64,000 nt of DNA from an uncultured Alphaproteobacteria bacterium (GTDB lineage Bacteria > Pseudomonadota > Alphaproteobacteria > Sphingomonadales > Sphingomonadaceae), in contig CAVYKA010000005.1 of assembly GCA_963768995.1 (NCBI GenBank), positions 17,513 through 81,512 of the forward strand, in the 5' to 3' direction. The notes under the pieces are model-generated. The model was given only the letters and a program-made list of their open reading frames with translations. It was not told the DNA's origin and did no database searches. The number at the start of each line of letters is the position of its first letter. The stretch's first letter is position 1. Positions 1 through 11,286 of the stretch are shown piece by piece. The position numbers and the translations under genes were made by a program.

Positions 1-718
1 CGACCAGGTCGTCAACGACCTTGCCGGCGCCGCGTTCGGCTCGGCCGGCGAGCGCTGCATGGCGCTTCCGGTGGTCGTGCCGGTCGGGCGCCGAGACCGC
101 CGACGCCCTGCGCGAGAAACTGATCCCGGCGATCGAGGGGCTGCGGGTCGGCGTCTCGACCGACCCCGACGCGCATTACGGCCCGGTGGTCAACGCCGCG
201 CACAAGGCGCGCATCGAGAATTACATCCAGATGTGCATCGACGAGGGCGGCGAGCTGGTCGTCGACGGCCGCGGCTTCTCGCTCCAGGGCCATGAGGAGG
301 GCTTTTTCATCGGCCCGACCCTGTTCGACCATGTGAAGCCGAGCTTCCAGAGCTACCAGGAGGAGATTTTCGGCCCGGTGCTGCAGATCGTCCGCGCCGA
401 CAATTTCGAGGAAGCCGTCGCGCTTCCGTCCGAACCATCAGTACGGCAATGGCGTCGCCATCTTCACCCGCAACGGCCACGCGGCGCGCGAGTTCGCTGC
501 GCGGGTCAACGTCGGCATGGTCGGCATCAACGTGCCGATCCCGGTGCCGGTCGCCTATCACACGTTCGGCGGCTGGAAGCGCTCGCGGCTTCGGCGACAT
601 CAACCAGCACGGCACCGAGGGCGTGCGCTTCTGGACCAAGACCAAGACCATTACGCAGCGCTGGCCCGATGGCGGGGCGCATGGCGAAAACACGTTCAAC
701 ATCCCGACGATGGGCTAA
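1..718 (+). CDS. mmsA: CoA-acylating methylmalonate-semialdehyde dehydrogenase, 3' part (5' end outside window; frameshifted)
   Basis: Frames join into [72 protein letters not shown]; stop TAA 716-718. Confidence 0.9.
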
Positions 719-755
719 GTTCGTTGATGGCCTGGACAACATATGGAGGCGACAG

Positions 756-962
756 ATGCAAGGCACTGACGATGGCGCTGCTGGTTGGAGCTGCCACAGC
801 GTCTGGGCGGCTGCTCGAAGCAGGATGAAACCGGCCAGAACGTGGCAATCGACATCAATGACGCGGACCCCGTCGGACATCGAGGCGGTTCCAGCCGACG
901 AGACCGCGGACGGGACCGAAGACCCCGCCGACGCCAGTGCCGAGGCCGTGAACGCCAATTGA
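756..962 (+). CDS. Small acidic putative lipoprotein (reconstructed across frameshifts)
   Basis: GGAGG then ATG at 756; [62 protein letters not shown]; lipobox-like LGGC. Confidence 0.55.
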   Translation: MQGTDDGAAGWSCHSVWAAARSRMKPARTWQSTSMTRTPSDIEAVPADETADGTEDPADASAEAVNAN

Positions 963-973
963 GGACATCAGGA

Positions 974-1596
974 ATGAAGCTTTATTACTCCCCGGGCGCC
1001 TGCTCGCAGGCTCCGCACATCATCCTTCACGAGCTTGGGCTGTCGCACAGCAGCGAGCGGGTCGACCTGCGCGCCAAGCAGACCGAGAACGGCCGTTCTT
1101 ACCTGGACATCAATCCCAAAGGGTCGGTCCCGGCGCTGGAGATGGAAAGCGGCGAAATGCTCACCGAGAATGCGGTCATCCTGCAATATCTCGGCGACCG
1201 ATCGGGGCTTGGCGAAATCCTTCCGCCGATCGGCAATTTCAGCCGCTACCGCGTGCTCGAATGGCTCAATTTCATCACCACGGAGCTGCACAAGTCGTTC
1301 GGCCCGCTGTTTTCGCCGGACGCGGGCGAGGAGACCAAGGACTTCTTCAAGACGCTGATCGGCAAGAAGCTCGATTACGTCGAGCAACAGCTCGGCGACG
1401 GTCCGTTCCTGATGGGCGAGACGCTGACGCTGCCCGACGCCTATCTGTTCGTCATCACCGGCTGGACAGACAAGATGATCGGTCTCGACCGCTGGCCCAA
1501 CCTGACCGCCTTCCGCAAGCGCATGATGGAGCGCGAGTCGGTGCCGCATCGTGCTTCGATGCCGAAGGATTGCTTGCCCGGGAGAACGCGGGCTAA
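974..1596 (+). CDS. gstA: Glutathione S-transferase (beta/GstA type)
   Basis: MKLYYSPGACSQAPHIILHE, INPKGSVPAL, LTENAVILQYL, WLNFITTELHKSFGPLF; frameshift near 1545. Confidence 0.88.
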
Positions 1597-1606
1597 GGCC
1601 GCCGCG

Positions 1607-2752
1607 ATGAGCCAGTTCGACCTCACCGACGACCAGCTCCAGATCCAGGAGATGGCGGCCAAATTCACCGCCGACGCGATCACGCCGTTCGCCGCCGAGT
1701 GGGACGAGAAGCATATCTTCCCGCGCGACACGATCCGCGAGGCGGCGGAGCTCGGCTTCGGCGCGATCTATGTCAGCGAGGAAAGCGGCGGGATCGGCCT
1801 GGGCCGGCTCGAGGCGGCGCTGATCATGGAGGCGATGGCCTATGGCTGTCCCGTCGACCAGCGCCTTCATCTCGATTCACAACATGGCGGCGTGGATGAT
1901 CGACCGCTTCGGCTCGGCGGAGGTCAAGGCGAAGTATCTGCCGGCGATGATCCCGATGGAGAAGATCGGCAGCTATTGTCTGACCGAGCCGTCGTCCGGC
2001 TCCGACGCGGCCGCATTGAAGACCAAGGCCGTCCTTGACGGCGACCACTATGTCGTCTCGGGCTCCAAGGCGTTCATCTCCGGCGGCGGCGAGAACGAAG
2101 TCTATGTGACCATGGTCCGCACCGGCGAGGAAGGCCCCAAGGGCATCTCCTGCCTGGTCATCGACAAGGACATGAAGGGCGTCAGCTTCGGCGCGCCAGG
2201 AAAAGAAGCTCGGCTGGCATTCGCAGCCGACTGCCCAGGTCAATTTCGACGAGGTCCGCGTGCCGGTCGCCAACCGCGTCGGCGGCGGAAGGCGAGGGCT
2301 TCCGCATCGCGATGATGGGCCTCGACGGCGGCCGCATCAACATCGGCGCGTGCAGCCTCGGCGGTGCCCAGCGCTGCCTCGACGAAGCGGTTAATTACAC
2401 CAAGGACCGCAAGCAGTTCGGCACCGCCATCGCCGATTTCCAGAACACCCAATTCACGCTTGCCGACATGGAGACCGAGCTCCAGGCAGCGCGCTATCTG
2501 CTCTACGTCGCGGCCGCCAAAGTCACCGCCAATGCGCCCGACAAGACCAAGTTCGCGGCGATGGCCAAGCGCCTCGCGACCGACAGCGGCTCATCGATCG
2601 TCGACCGCGCGCTGCAGCTCCACGGCGGCTACGGCTATCTCCAGGATTATCCGATCGAGCGCTTCTGGCGCGACCTCCGCGTCCACTCGATCCTCGAAGG
2701 CACCAACCAGATCATGCGCATGATCGTCGGCCGCGAGCTGACCCGCCAGTGA
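1607..2752 (+). CDS. Acyl-CoA dehydrogenase (isobutyryl-CoA dehydrogenase-like), frameshifted
   Basis: YCLTEPSSGSDAA, GSKAFISG, GLDGGRINIGACSLG, RKQFG, LQLHGGYGYL, ILEGTNQIMR; mmsA/mmsB context. Confidence 0.9.
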
Positions 2753-4375
2753 GCAAGCCCGCGATGCCGTTCGACCCATTCGCCCTGGCCAAAAGCGCGA
2801 CCGATCTTGCCTGGGGACTCGCCGCCAAGCCCGCCGAGCTGCTCGAGGTGCAGATGCAGGCCGCGCGCCAGTGGGGCGATTTCTGGACCGGCGCGCTTGG
2901 CGGCAAGCCCCCGGAACCGCCGCGCGACCGTCGCTTCTCGGCGCCCGAATATCAGGCCGATCCATATTATCGCGGGCTTCGCGACGCCTATCTGCTGGCT
3001 TCGCAGCAGTTGCGCGACCTCGTCTCGCGCGGCGGCGGGGATGAGAGCGGCAAGGCGATGAACCGCTTCCTGCTCGACCAATATCTGAACGCTGTCTCGC
3101 CGAGCAATTTCGCGCTGACCAACCCGGCGGTGGTCAAGCGCATCCAGGAGACCGGCGGCCAGAACCTCGTCCAGGGTTTCGCCAACCTCCTCGAGGACCT
3201 CTCGTCGGGCAAAGGCATTGTCCGCCGCCGCACCGACGACCGCGCCTTCGTCAAAGGCCAGAACATTGCTGCGACGCCCGGCCAAGTGGTGTTCGAAAAC
3301 GCGCTGTTCCAGCTCATCCAATATACGCCGACCACCGCCAAGGTCGCCGCCGAGCCTTTGCTATACGTGCCGCCGCTGGTGAACCGTTATTACATGATCG
3401 ACCTCCAGCCGCGCTCGAGCCTGGTCAAATGGCTGGTCGACGAGGGACGGACGGTGTTCGTCATTTCCTGGGTCAATCCCGGCGACGAGCATCGCGACAA
3501 GGATGTCGCGGCCTATGTGACCGAGGGCGTTGTTACCGCGATCGAGCAGGTCCGCAAGCGGGCCAGGCACGCGCCCGACCTCTTCTCCTTCTGCCTCGGC
3601 GGGACGCTAGCCGCGATCGCCCTCGCCTGGCTCGCCGCCGAAGGCCGCGCCAACGAGGTCAATTCGGCGACGCTGATCGGCTCGATGATCGACTTCGCCG
3701 ACATGCGCGACTGGTCGGCGTTCGTCCACGAAGGCCATCTCGGCGCGCTCGAAGACCATCTCGAGGCCCAAGGCTTCATCGACAGCGTCGAGCTTCAGCG
3801 GCTGTTCGCGGCAATGCGCGCCAACGACCTCATCTGGTCGTCGGTGGTCCAGCATTATCTGCTCGATCAGCCCGCGCCGCCGTCCGACCTTTTGACCTGG
3901 TTCGAGGATGGTTCCCGGATCCCCGCGGCCTTCCTCAAATCCTACAATCGCGACCTTCTGCTCACCAACAGCCTCAAGGAGCCGGCCGGGTTCAAGGTCG
4001 GCGGCACCGCCATCGACCTCGCGGCGATCGAGGCGCCGGTCCTGTCGATCGCCTTGAAGGACGACCATGTGTCGGCGTGGACCGCGGTCTATGATGGCGC
4101 GCGGCTGCTCGACGCCGATTTCGTTCTCGGTGGTTCGGGACATAACGCCGGCGTGATCAACCCACCGGCAGCCAACAAGCACGGCTATTGGACCAATAGC
4201 GCCCGGCCCGAAGACGCCGGAGCAATGGCTCGCCTCCGCCACGCGCCATGAGGGCAGCTGGTGGCCGTGGTGGACCGGTTGGCTCGACGCCAGGGGCAGC
4301 GGCAAGAAGGTCAAGGCGCGCGCGATCAAGGACGGCATCGAGCCGGCTCCCGGCCGCTATGCGATGATGCCGTGA
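2749..4375 (+). CDS. phaC: Class I-type poly(hydroxyalkanoate) synthase
   Basis: DRRF, SPSNFALTNP, ATPGQVVFEN, LIQYTPT, VPPLVNRYYMIDL, VISWVNP, lipase-box FCLGG, KDDHV, GSGHNAGVINPP, SWWPWW, APGRY; frameshift near 4230. Confidence 0.85.
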
Positions 4376-5466
4376 TGGACATTGCGGCTACGCAAAAGGA
4401 CGTGCTGACGCTCAAGCAGGGCGCCGCCGGCCGGCTTCGGCTCAACCGCCCGAGGCAGCTCCACAGCCTTAACCGCCAGATGGTCCGCGACATGGCGGCG
4501 GCGCTGCTCGAATGGCGCAACGATCCCGAAGTGCGCATCATTCTCATCGATCATGCGCCCGCGCCGGATGGCGATCCAAAGCTTTCGCGCGGCTTTTGCG
4601 CCGGCGGGGATGTCGTCGGCATTGCGCAGGACGTCGCCGGTCACGAGGCCGCCGCACGCGCCTTTTTCTTCGACGAATATCGTCTCAACCACCTCGAATA
4701 TACCTACCCCAAGCCCGGCGTCGCTTTCATGGACGGGATCACCATGGGCGGCGGCGTGGGCATCGCCTGCCCGTGCCGTTTCCGCGTCGCCACCGAGCGC
4801 ACCGTGTTCGCCATGCCGGAGACGACCATCGGCCTGTTCCCCGACGTCGGCGGCGGACGCTATTTGTCCCGACTGCGCGGGCGGCTTGCGCAATATCTCG
4901 CGCTGACCGGCGCCCGGCTAAGCGGGGCGGAATGCGTCGCGCTCAGATTGGCCACCCATTATGTGCCGTCTGGCCGGCTCGACGAGGCCAAGGAACGGAT
5001 CATCGACCAGCCGTTCCGGACCGAGGCGATACTTGACGAATTGTCCGCCGAGGAAGTGCCGCACGCGCCGCTGATGGGTCGGCTCAAGGATATCGACCGG
5101 CTGTTCGCTTCCGACCGGCTCGAGGACATTCTTGCCGCGCTCGACGCCGACGGCGGCGAGTGGGCGGAGGAGCAGGCGGCGATCATCCGCGCCAAGTCGC
5201 CGATGGCGTGCAAGGTCAGCCTCAAGCTGCTCGTCGAGAGCCAGTATCAGCTCCATTTCATCGACGAGATGAAGCTCGAATATGCGATCATGGTTCGGCT
5301 CATCCAGCACCCTGACTTCCGCGAGGGCGTGCGCGCGTTGCTGATCGACAAGGACAATGCGCCGAAGTGGCAGCCGGCCGATCCCGCCGCGATCGGCGAT
5401 GCCGAGGTCGACGCCTTTTTCGCCCCGCTCCCCCCCGAGGAGCAATGGCGGCCGCTCGAGATTTGA
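4375..5466 (+). CDS. 3-hydroxyisobutyryl-CoA hydrolase (crotonase family)
   Basis: [73 protein letters not shown]. Confidence 0.88.
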   Translation: MDIAATQKDVLTLKQGAAGRLRLNRPRQLHSLNRQMVRDMAAALLEWRNDPEVRIILIDHAPAPDGDPKLSRGFCAGGDVVGIAQDVAGHEAAARAFFFDEYRLNHLEYTYPKPGVAFMDGITMGGGVGIACPCRFRVATERTVFAMPETTIGLFPDVGGGRYLSRLRGRLAQYLALTGARLSGAECVALRLATHYVPSGRLDEAKERIIDQPFRTEAILDELSAEEVPHAPLMGRLKDIDRLFASDRLEDILAALDADGGEWAEEQAAIIRAKSPMACKVSLKLLVESQYQLHFIDEMKLEYAIMVRLIQHPDFREGVRALLIDKDNAPKWQPADPAAIGDAEVDAFFAPLPPEEQWRPLEI

Positions 5467-5476
5467 GGACAGAAGA

Positions 5477-6253
5477 ATGAGCGAATACGAAACCATCCTG
5501 GTCGAGCAAAAGGGCGCGGTGACGTTGGTCACGCTCAACCGTCCCCAAGCGCTCAACGCGCTCAACACGCAGGTGCTTGCCGACCTCATCGCCGCCTTCG
5601 CCGCATATGACGCCGACGACAGCCAGCGCTGCCTGGTGCTGACCGGCTCAGAAAAGGCGTTCGCCGCCGGCGCCGACATCAAGGAAATGCAGTCCCAGGG
5701 CTTTGCCGACATGTATTCGTCCAACTTCTTCGCGGGGTGGGAGCGGGTCACCGCGACGCGAAAGCCGTGGATCGCGGCGGTCGCCGGTTTCGCGCTCGGC
5801 GGCGGCTGCGAAGTAGCGATGATGGCCGACTTCATCATCGCAGCCGACAGCGCCAAATTCGGCCAGCCCGAGATCAAACTCGGCGTCACCCCCGGCATGG
5901 GCGGATCGCAGCGCCTGACCGCCGCGATCGGCAAGGCCAAGGCGATGGAGATGTGCCTGACCGGCCGCATGATGGGTGCCGAGGAGGCGGAGCGCGCCGG
6001 CCTCGTCGCCAAAGTGGTCCCCGCCGCCGACCTTCTCGACGAAGCGCTAAAGACTGCCGAGACGATCGCCGGCATGGCGCCGCTCGCTGCCATCGCCACT
6101 AAGGAAATGGTCAACGCCGCGTTCGAGCTGCCGCTCGCCGCCGGAATCAATTTCGAGCGTCGCCTGTTCCACGGCCTGTTCGGGACGCAGGATCAAAAGG
6201 AAGGCATGGCGGCGTTCGTCGAAAAGCGGCCCGGCAAGTGGACGGGGAAATAG
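5477..6253 (+). CDS. Enoyl-CoA hydratase
   Basis: [53 protein letters not shown]. Confidence 0.92.
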   Translation: MSEYETILVEQKGAVTLVTLNRPQALNALNTQVLADLIAAFAAYDADDSQRCLVLTGSEKAFAAGADIKEMQSQGFADMYSSNFFAGWERVTATRKPWIAAVAGFALGGGCEVAMMADFIIAADSAKFGQPEIKLGVTPGMGGSQRLTAAIGKAKAMEMCLTGRMMGAEEAERAGLVAKVVPAADLLDEALKTAETIAGMAPLAAIATKEMVNAAFELPLAAGINFERRLFHGLFGTQDQKEGMAAFVEKRPGKWTGK

Positions 6254-6260
6254 ACGGCTG

Positions 6261-6312
6261 TGCTCCTGCGCAGGCAGGAGCGTTGGCCAAGGTTCCTGCC
6301 TACGCAGGAATG
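6261..6312. repeat. REP-like intergenic dyad palindrome
   Basis: CTCCTGCGCAGGCAGGAG and TTCCTGCCTACGCAGGAA are near reverse complements, each self-folding. Confidence 0.6.
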
Positions 6313-6326
6313 CAGTGGAGTAAGGT

Positions 6327-7232
6327 ATGAAAATCGCGTTCATCGGGCTTGGGAACATGGGCGGCGGGATGGCCGCCAATCTGGTCAAGGCAGGGCATGA
6401 CGTACGCGCATTCGACCTCAGCGAAGACGCGCTGGCCCGCGCCGAGGGGCAGGGCGCCAATCGCTGCTCATCGGCCGCCGACGCGGTGAAGGATGCCGAG
6501 GCGGTGATCACCATGCTCCCAGCGGGCAAGCACGTGCGCCAGGTCTATCAGGACGATGTCGCGCCGAGCGCCGCCAAAGACACGCTGATGGTAGATTGCT
6601 CGACGATCGACGTCGCCACCGCCAAGACAGTTGGAGAGCAATTCCGCGGGCTGGGCTTCGAATTCGTCGATGCTCCGGTGTCGGGCGGGATCGCCGCCGC
6701 CAATGCCGGGACGCTGACATTCATGGTCGGCGGGACCGGCGAGGGCTTCGAGCGGGCCCGGCCGCTGCTCGAGCAAATGGGCAAGGCGGTGATTCACGCC
6801 GGCGAGGCAGGCGCGGGGCAGGCGGCTAAGATCTGCAACAACATGCTGCTTGGCGCGACCATGGTCGCGACCTGCGAGGCGTTCGCGATGGCCGAGAAGC
6901 TCGGGCTCAATCTCCAGACATTCTACGACATCTCGTCCAAGGCGTCGGGGCAAAGCTGGTCGATGACATCCTATTGCCCGGTGCCCGGAGTGGGCCCCGA
7001 AACCCCGGCCGACCGGGGATATGAAGGCGGCTTCGCGGCGGCGCTGATGCTCAAGGATTTGAAGCTCGCAATGGAGGCCGCCAAGGCGAGCGGCGCCTAT
7101 ACGCCGATGGGCGGCGAGGCCGAGGAGCTTTACCAAAGGTTCGTCGACCGCGGCGGCGGGAACAAGGATTTCTCCGGAATCATTCAGATGATCGACGACA
7201 GCTGGGTCGCGCCCGACAAGAAGGAAAACTGA
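6327..7232 (+). CDS. mmsB: 3-hydroxyisobutyrate dehydrogenase
   Basis: FIGLGNMGGGMAANL, DAPVSGG, GTLTFMVGG, AKICNNMLLG, LMLKDL. Confidence 0.93.
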   Translation: MKIAFIGLGNMGGGMAANLVKAGHDVRAFDLSEDALARAEGQGANRCSSAADAVKDAEAVITMLPAGKHVRQVYQDDVAPSAAKDTLMVDCSTIDVATAKTVGEQFRGLGFEFVDAPVSGGIAAANAGTLTFMVGGTGEGFERARPLLEQMGKAVIHAGEAGAGQAAKICNNMLLGATMVATCEAFAMAEKLGLNLQTFYDISSKASGQSWSMTSYCPVPGVGPETPADRGYEGGFAAALMLKDLKLAMEAAKASGAYTPMGGEAEELYQRFVDRGGGNKDFSGIIQMIDDSWVAPDKKEN

Positions 7233-7777
7233 TGCGTATTCTGCTTACCGCCTGCGCCGCTCTGGCCCTTGCCGCCTGCAATCAGGGCGAATCCAATGTC
7301 TCGCTCGAGGAAGCGAACGCCAGCGGCAATGCCGCCGGCAATGCTGTCGAGAACGCGATCGCCGCTTCCCCGGCGGCCCCACTCGAGAAGCAGGCCGCGG
7401 TGGCGCTGATGAAGGAGCGACACGAGAATTACGAAAAGATCGGCGACGCCATGAAGCGCATCGGCCGCACGCTCAAATCGGATTCGCCCGACCTCGCCGT
7501 GGTGCGGACCGGCGCCGACACCATCGCGACGCTCGCTCCGCAGGTCAAAACCTGGTTCCCGGCCGGCACCGGGCCCGACGTCGGGAAGACCGAGGCCAAG
7601 GCGGAAATCTGGCAGAAGAACGACGATTTCAACGCCAAGGCCGACGACTTCGTTCGCGCGGCAACCGCGTTCCAGGCGGCGGCGCGGGGCGGCGACCTGG
7701 CGGCCATCCGCGCGGCCCAGGGCGACCTCGGCAAAAGCTGCAAGGCGTGCCACGATCTCTACCGCGAAAAGCATTGA
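7232..7777 (+). CDS. Cytochrome c' (class II), lipoprotein-type N-terminus
   Basis: LAAC lipobox; AKAEIW; C-terminal heme motif CKACH. Confidence 0.85.
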   Translation: MRILLTACAALALAACNQGESNVSLEEANASGNAAGNAVENAIAASPAAPLEKQAAVALMKERHENYEKIGDAMKRIGRTLKSDSPDLAVVRTGADTIATLAPQVKTWFPAGTGPDVGKTEAKAEIWQKNDDFNAKADDFVRAATAFQAAARGGDLAAIRAAQGDLGKSCKACHDLYREKH

Positions 7778-8463
7778 TGGAGGCTCCGGCTGAAGCCCCG
7801 CCCGCGACTGCCAAAGTTGCGGTTTGGGACCTTCCGGTTCGGCTGTTCCACTGGTCGCTGGTCGCGCTGGTCGCATTCAGCTGGTGGTCGGCCAAGAATG
7901 ACGAACTCGAGCTGCATATGTACTCGGGTTTCGCGGTCCTCACTGCGGTTATCTTCCGTGTGTTGTGGGGGATTTTCGGCAGCTCGACTGCTCGTTTCTC
8001 GAGCTTCATCCACGGCCCGCGCGCGGTCATCGCCTATGTCCGCAACAGCGCCGCCTGGCGCAAGATCGGCCACTCGCCGATCGGCGCGTTAAGCGTCCTT
8101 GCCATGCTCGTCGTGCTCAAGCTTCAGGTCGCCACCGGCCTGATCAACGCCGATGACGACGGCCTGACCGAAGCCCCGCTTGCCCCGCTGGTCAGCTTCG
8201 AAACGGCCGATTTTGCGCATGACGCGCATGAGCTCTTGTTCAACGTCCTGCTCGCGCTGATCGCGCTGCATGTCGCGGCCGTCGCTTATTACCATTGGCG
8301 CGGCCGCAATCTGGTCGGGCCGATGGTGACCGGCCACGCCAAGGCCGAACCGGGGATCGAGCCAATGCGCCCGGGCCGCTGGTGGGTGGCGCTGCTGTGC
8401 CTGATCGCGGCGATCGCCACGACCCGCTGGGTTATCGCTGGCGCGCCGCCCTTCGGCATTTGA
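7777..8463 (+). CDS. Cytochrome b/b6-domain membrane protein
   Basis: VWDLPVRLFHW, FRVLWG, GHSPIGAL, LIALHVAAV, NLVGPMVTG. Confidence 0.88.
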   Translation: MEAPAEAPPATAKVAVWDLPVRLFHWSLVALVAFSWWSAKNDELELHMYSGFAVLTAVIFRVLWGIFGSSTARFSSFIHGPRAVIAYVRNSAAWRKIGHSPIGALSVLAMLVVLKLQVATGLINADDDGLTEAPLAPLVSFETADFAHDAHELLFNVLLALIALHVAAVAYYHWRGRNLVGPMVTGHAKAEPGIEPMRPGRWWVALLCLIAAIATTRWVIAGAPPFGI

Positions 8464-8508
8464 CGCGCAGACCTTGATCGCCGTCGCGCCGAGGGCCACA
8501 TCGCGCTG

Positions 8509-9078
8509 ATGTTGATCCGCACCGAGCAGACGCCGAACCCCTCGACCCGCAAATTTCTTCCCGGCCAGCCGGTGATGGAAACCGGCGTGCGCGATTTCGC
8601 TGACGCCGCCGCGGCCGAGGCATCGCCGCTGGCCAACGCATTGTTCGACAGCGGGCTGGTCGAAGGCGTGTTCTACGGCAGCGATTTCATCTCGGTCACC
8701 GCAGCGCCCGGCGTCAGCTGGACGGACCTTGAGCCGCTGGTGATCGAAACCCTGCTCGACCATTTTGTCAGCGGCGCGCCATTATTTGCTCCGGGCACCG
8801 CGGCCGGCATCCACATCGCCGCGGACGATTTCGACGACCGGCCCGAGGATGCCGAGATCATCGACCAGATCAAGGAATTGATCGAAACCCGCGTCCGCCC
8901 GGCGGTCGCCCAGGACGGCGGCGACATCGCCTACAAGGGCTATCGCGACGGCCGCCTTTATCTGTCGATGCACGGCGCCTGCGCCGGCTGCCCGTCCTCG
9001 GCGGTGACCCTCAAGCGCGGGATCGAGGGCCTGATCCGCCATTATGTCCCCGAAGTCGAAAGCGTCGAGGCGGTCTAG
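8509..9078 (+). CDS. NifU/Nfu-family Fe-S carrier protein
   Basis: TPNPSTRKFLPG; RVRPAVAQDGGDI; GACAGCPSS CxxC motif. Confidence 0.92.
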   Translation: MLIRTEQTPNPSTRKFLPGQPVMETGVRDFADAAAAEASPLANALFDSGLVEGVFYGSDFISVTAAPGVSWTDLEPLVIETLLDHFVSGAPLFAPGTAAGIHIAADDFDDRPEDAEIIDQIKELIETRVRPAVAQDGGDIAYKGYRDGRLYLSMHGACAGCPSSAVTLKRGIEGLIRHYVPEVESVEAV

Positions 9079-9137
9079 GCCGTAGCGGTTCAACCCGGGG
9101 GTTGCGGCAACGCTTCGCTTGTGACCACAATCGTCCC

Positions 9138-9740
9138 ATGATCCTGGCTTTCGACACGTCGAGCGCAGCCTGCACGGCCGCCTTGTTCGAGGATGGCCTC
9201 TGCATCGCGCGTGCCGACGAGCAGATTGGCCGCGGCCATGCTGAGCGGCTGGTGCCGATGCTCGCCGAGCTGCTCGACGGCCGCCGGCCCGGCCCATCCT
9301 CGTCGGCGTCGGCCCGGGCAGCTTCACCGGAATCCGCGTCGCCATCGCCGCGGCGCACGGCCTCGCCATCGGCTGGGGCTGCGAGATTTCCGGCATGTCG
9401 TCGCTCGCGCTGATTGCGGCAGGGCGCGCAAGGCGAAGTCGCCGTCGCGGTTGCGGGCGGCCACGGCGAATTGTTCGTCCAGCAATTTGATGGGCAGCTC
9501 CAGCCACGCACCGATCTCCACAACGCGGCCCCTGAAAGTGCGGCTGCAGCTGATCCACGCCGACGTCGTGATTGGCTCGGGCGCCGCCGCGCTGGTCGAG
9601 GCGCGCGGGTCGGGCGAGGCACGCGAGCGCGTGGCCGGCCGCGGCCGATGCCATGCGTCTGCCCGAAGCGCTGCGCAGCCTTTCCGCCCAAGCCGATCTA
9701 CGCCCGTGCGCCCGACGCCCGCGCCAAGGTCGCGGCCTGA
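9138..9740 (+). CDS. tsaB: tRNA t6A biosynthesis protein TsaB (frameshifted)
   Basis: MILAFDTS, GRGHAERLVPM, VGVGPGSFTGIRV, PKPIYARAPDA. Confidence 0.85.
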
Positions 9741-10230
9741 TGGCGACTGCCGACATGACGCTTGGGCGTCTCCTCGTCGAACCCGGGCGATTCGAATGAC
9801 CTCGATGGGGTGATGACCGTCATGGAAGCGGCGTTCGGCGACCGCTTCGGCGAGGCGTGGACGCGGTCGCAATGCGCCGGAATCCTGCCGATGCCGGGCG
9901 TGTCGCTTACGCTTGCCCGGACCTCGAGCGGCGGCGAAGTCGACCGGCTTTTCGCTCGTCCGGACGGTCGCCGGCGAATCCGAACTTCTGCTGATCGCGG
10001 TCGCGCCTGACCGTCACCGCCAGGGCATCGGCACCGCGCTGCTCGACGATTTCCTCGCCCGCGCCCGGGACGCGGGCGCGACCCGGGTCCATCTCGAGGT
10101 GCGCGACGGCAATGCCGCGACGAGCATGTACCAGGCCGCCGGCTTCGCGCCGGTCGGCCGTCGCCGCAATTATTATCGAGCGTCCGACGGGCAACGGTTC
10201 GACGCTCTGACTTTCGCCCGGGCTATCTGA
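9740..10230 (+). CDS. rimI: RimI-like GNAT acetyltransferase (frameshifted)
   Basis: AFGDRFGEAW, ESELLLIAV, RQGIG, LEVRDGN, GFAPVGRRRNYY; follows tsaB. Confidence 0.75.
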
Positions 10231-10332
10231 ACCAAAGGCCGCATTGCCGTGCGTCCGTGGCCACGACTAATGGACCATGCAGACTACGCAGAAAAACTGC
10301 AGTCAATCTGCTCGAACCACAGGAACTCATTG

Positions 10333-10756
10333 ATGGCCGACAACGAATTTGCCGAAGATACATTGCTCACGCTGACCGCCGACATTGTCGCCGCGCATGT
10401 CAGCAACAACAGCGTCTGCGGTGAACGACTTGCCCAACCTCATCCAGAACGTCCACGGCGCGTTGGCCGGCATTTCGGGAGCATCGTCGGCGCCCGAGGC
10501 GCGGCCCGAGCCTAAGGTCTCGATCCGCTCGTCGATCAAGCCCGACTATATCGTCTGCCTTGAGGACGGGAAGCGGATGAAGATGCTCAAGCGCCATTTG
10601 ATGACCCATTATCAGATGACTCCCGACCAATATCGCCAGAAATGGGGCCTTTCCGCCGATTATCCGATGGTCGCGCCCAATTATGCCGAGCAACGGCGCG
10701 CGCTCGCCAAGTCGATCGGGCTCGGCACCAAGCGCCGCAAGACGCGCGGCAAGTAA
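10333..10756 (+). CDS. mucR: MucR/Ros zinc-finger regulator (one frameshift)
   Basis: LTADIVAAHVSNN, IVCLEDGKRMKMLKRHL, YRQKWGL, YPMVAPNYA. Confidence 0.92.
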
Positions 10757-10841
10757 AGCGCCGAGCGCGAAGACCGGCGTCAGCCCCAACGTCTCGGGGA
10801 TGGCGCTGGCATTCGGCTGCCGCTCCGCCTAAATCACCTCT

Positions 10842-11264
10842 ATGCCGCGAAGCATCGACATCGAGGCGCTGTGCGCCGACAAGGGCCTGCGCATCACCGA
10901 GCAGCGCCGGACCATCGCCCGCGTCCTCGGCGACAGCGAGGATCATCCCGACGTCGAGACGCTTCACGCCCGCGCGTCGGCGATCGATGCCAACATTTCG
11001 ATCGCGACCGTTTACCGCACCGTCCGCCTGTTCGAGGAGGCCGGTATCCTCGAGCGCCACGAATTCGGCGACGGTCGCTCGCGCTACGAAGCCGCGTCTG
11101 ACGCGCATCACGACCATCTGATCGACGTCGAGACCGGCAAGGTGATCGAATTCGTCGACGATGAGCTCGAGACCCTGCAGAAGCGCATCGCCGAAAAGCT
11201 CGGCTTCCGCCTCGTCGATCATCGCATGGAGCTGTACGGCGTCGCCCTCGACCGCGAGCGCTGA
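10842..11264 (+). CDS. fur: Fur-family transcriptional regulator
   Basis: GLRITEQRR, DHPDVE, SIATVYRTVRLFEEAG, HHDHLID. Confidence 0.93.
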   Translation: MPRSIDIEALCADKGLRITEQRRTIARVLGDSEDHPDVETLHARASAIDANISIATVYRTVRLFEEAGILERHEFGDGRSRYEAASDAHHDHLIDVETGKVIEFVDDELETLQKRIAEKLGFRLVDHRMELYGVALDRER

Positions 11265-11286
11265 GCGCCCGACCCCGCGCGTAACC

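Noticed and set aside
785-2038. GST/acyl-CoA dehydrogenase fusion ORF
   Set aside because: Frameshift near 1545 bypasses the GST stop at 1596; two separate genes
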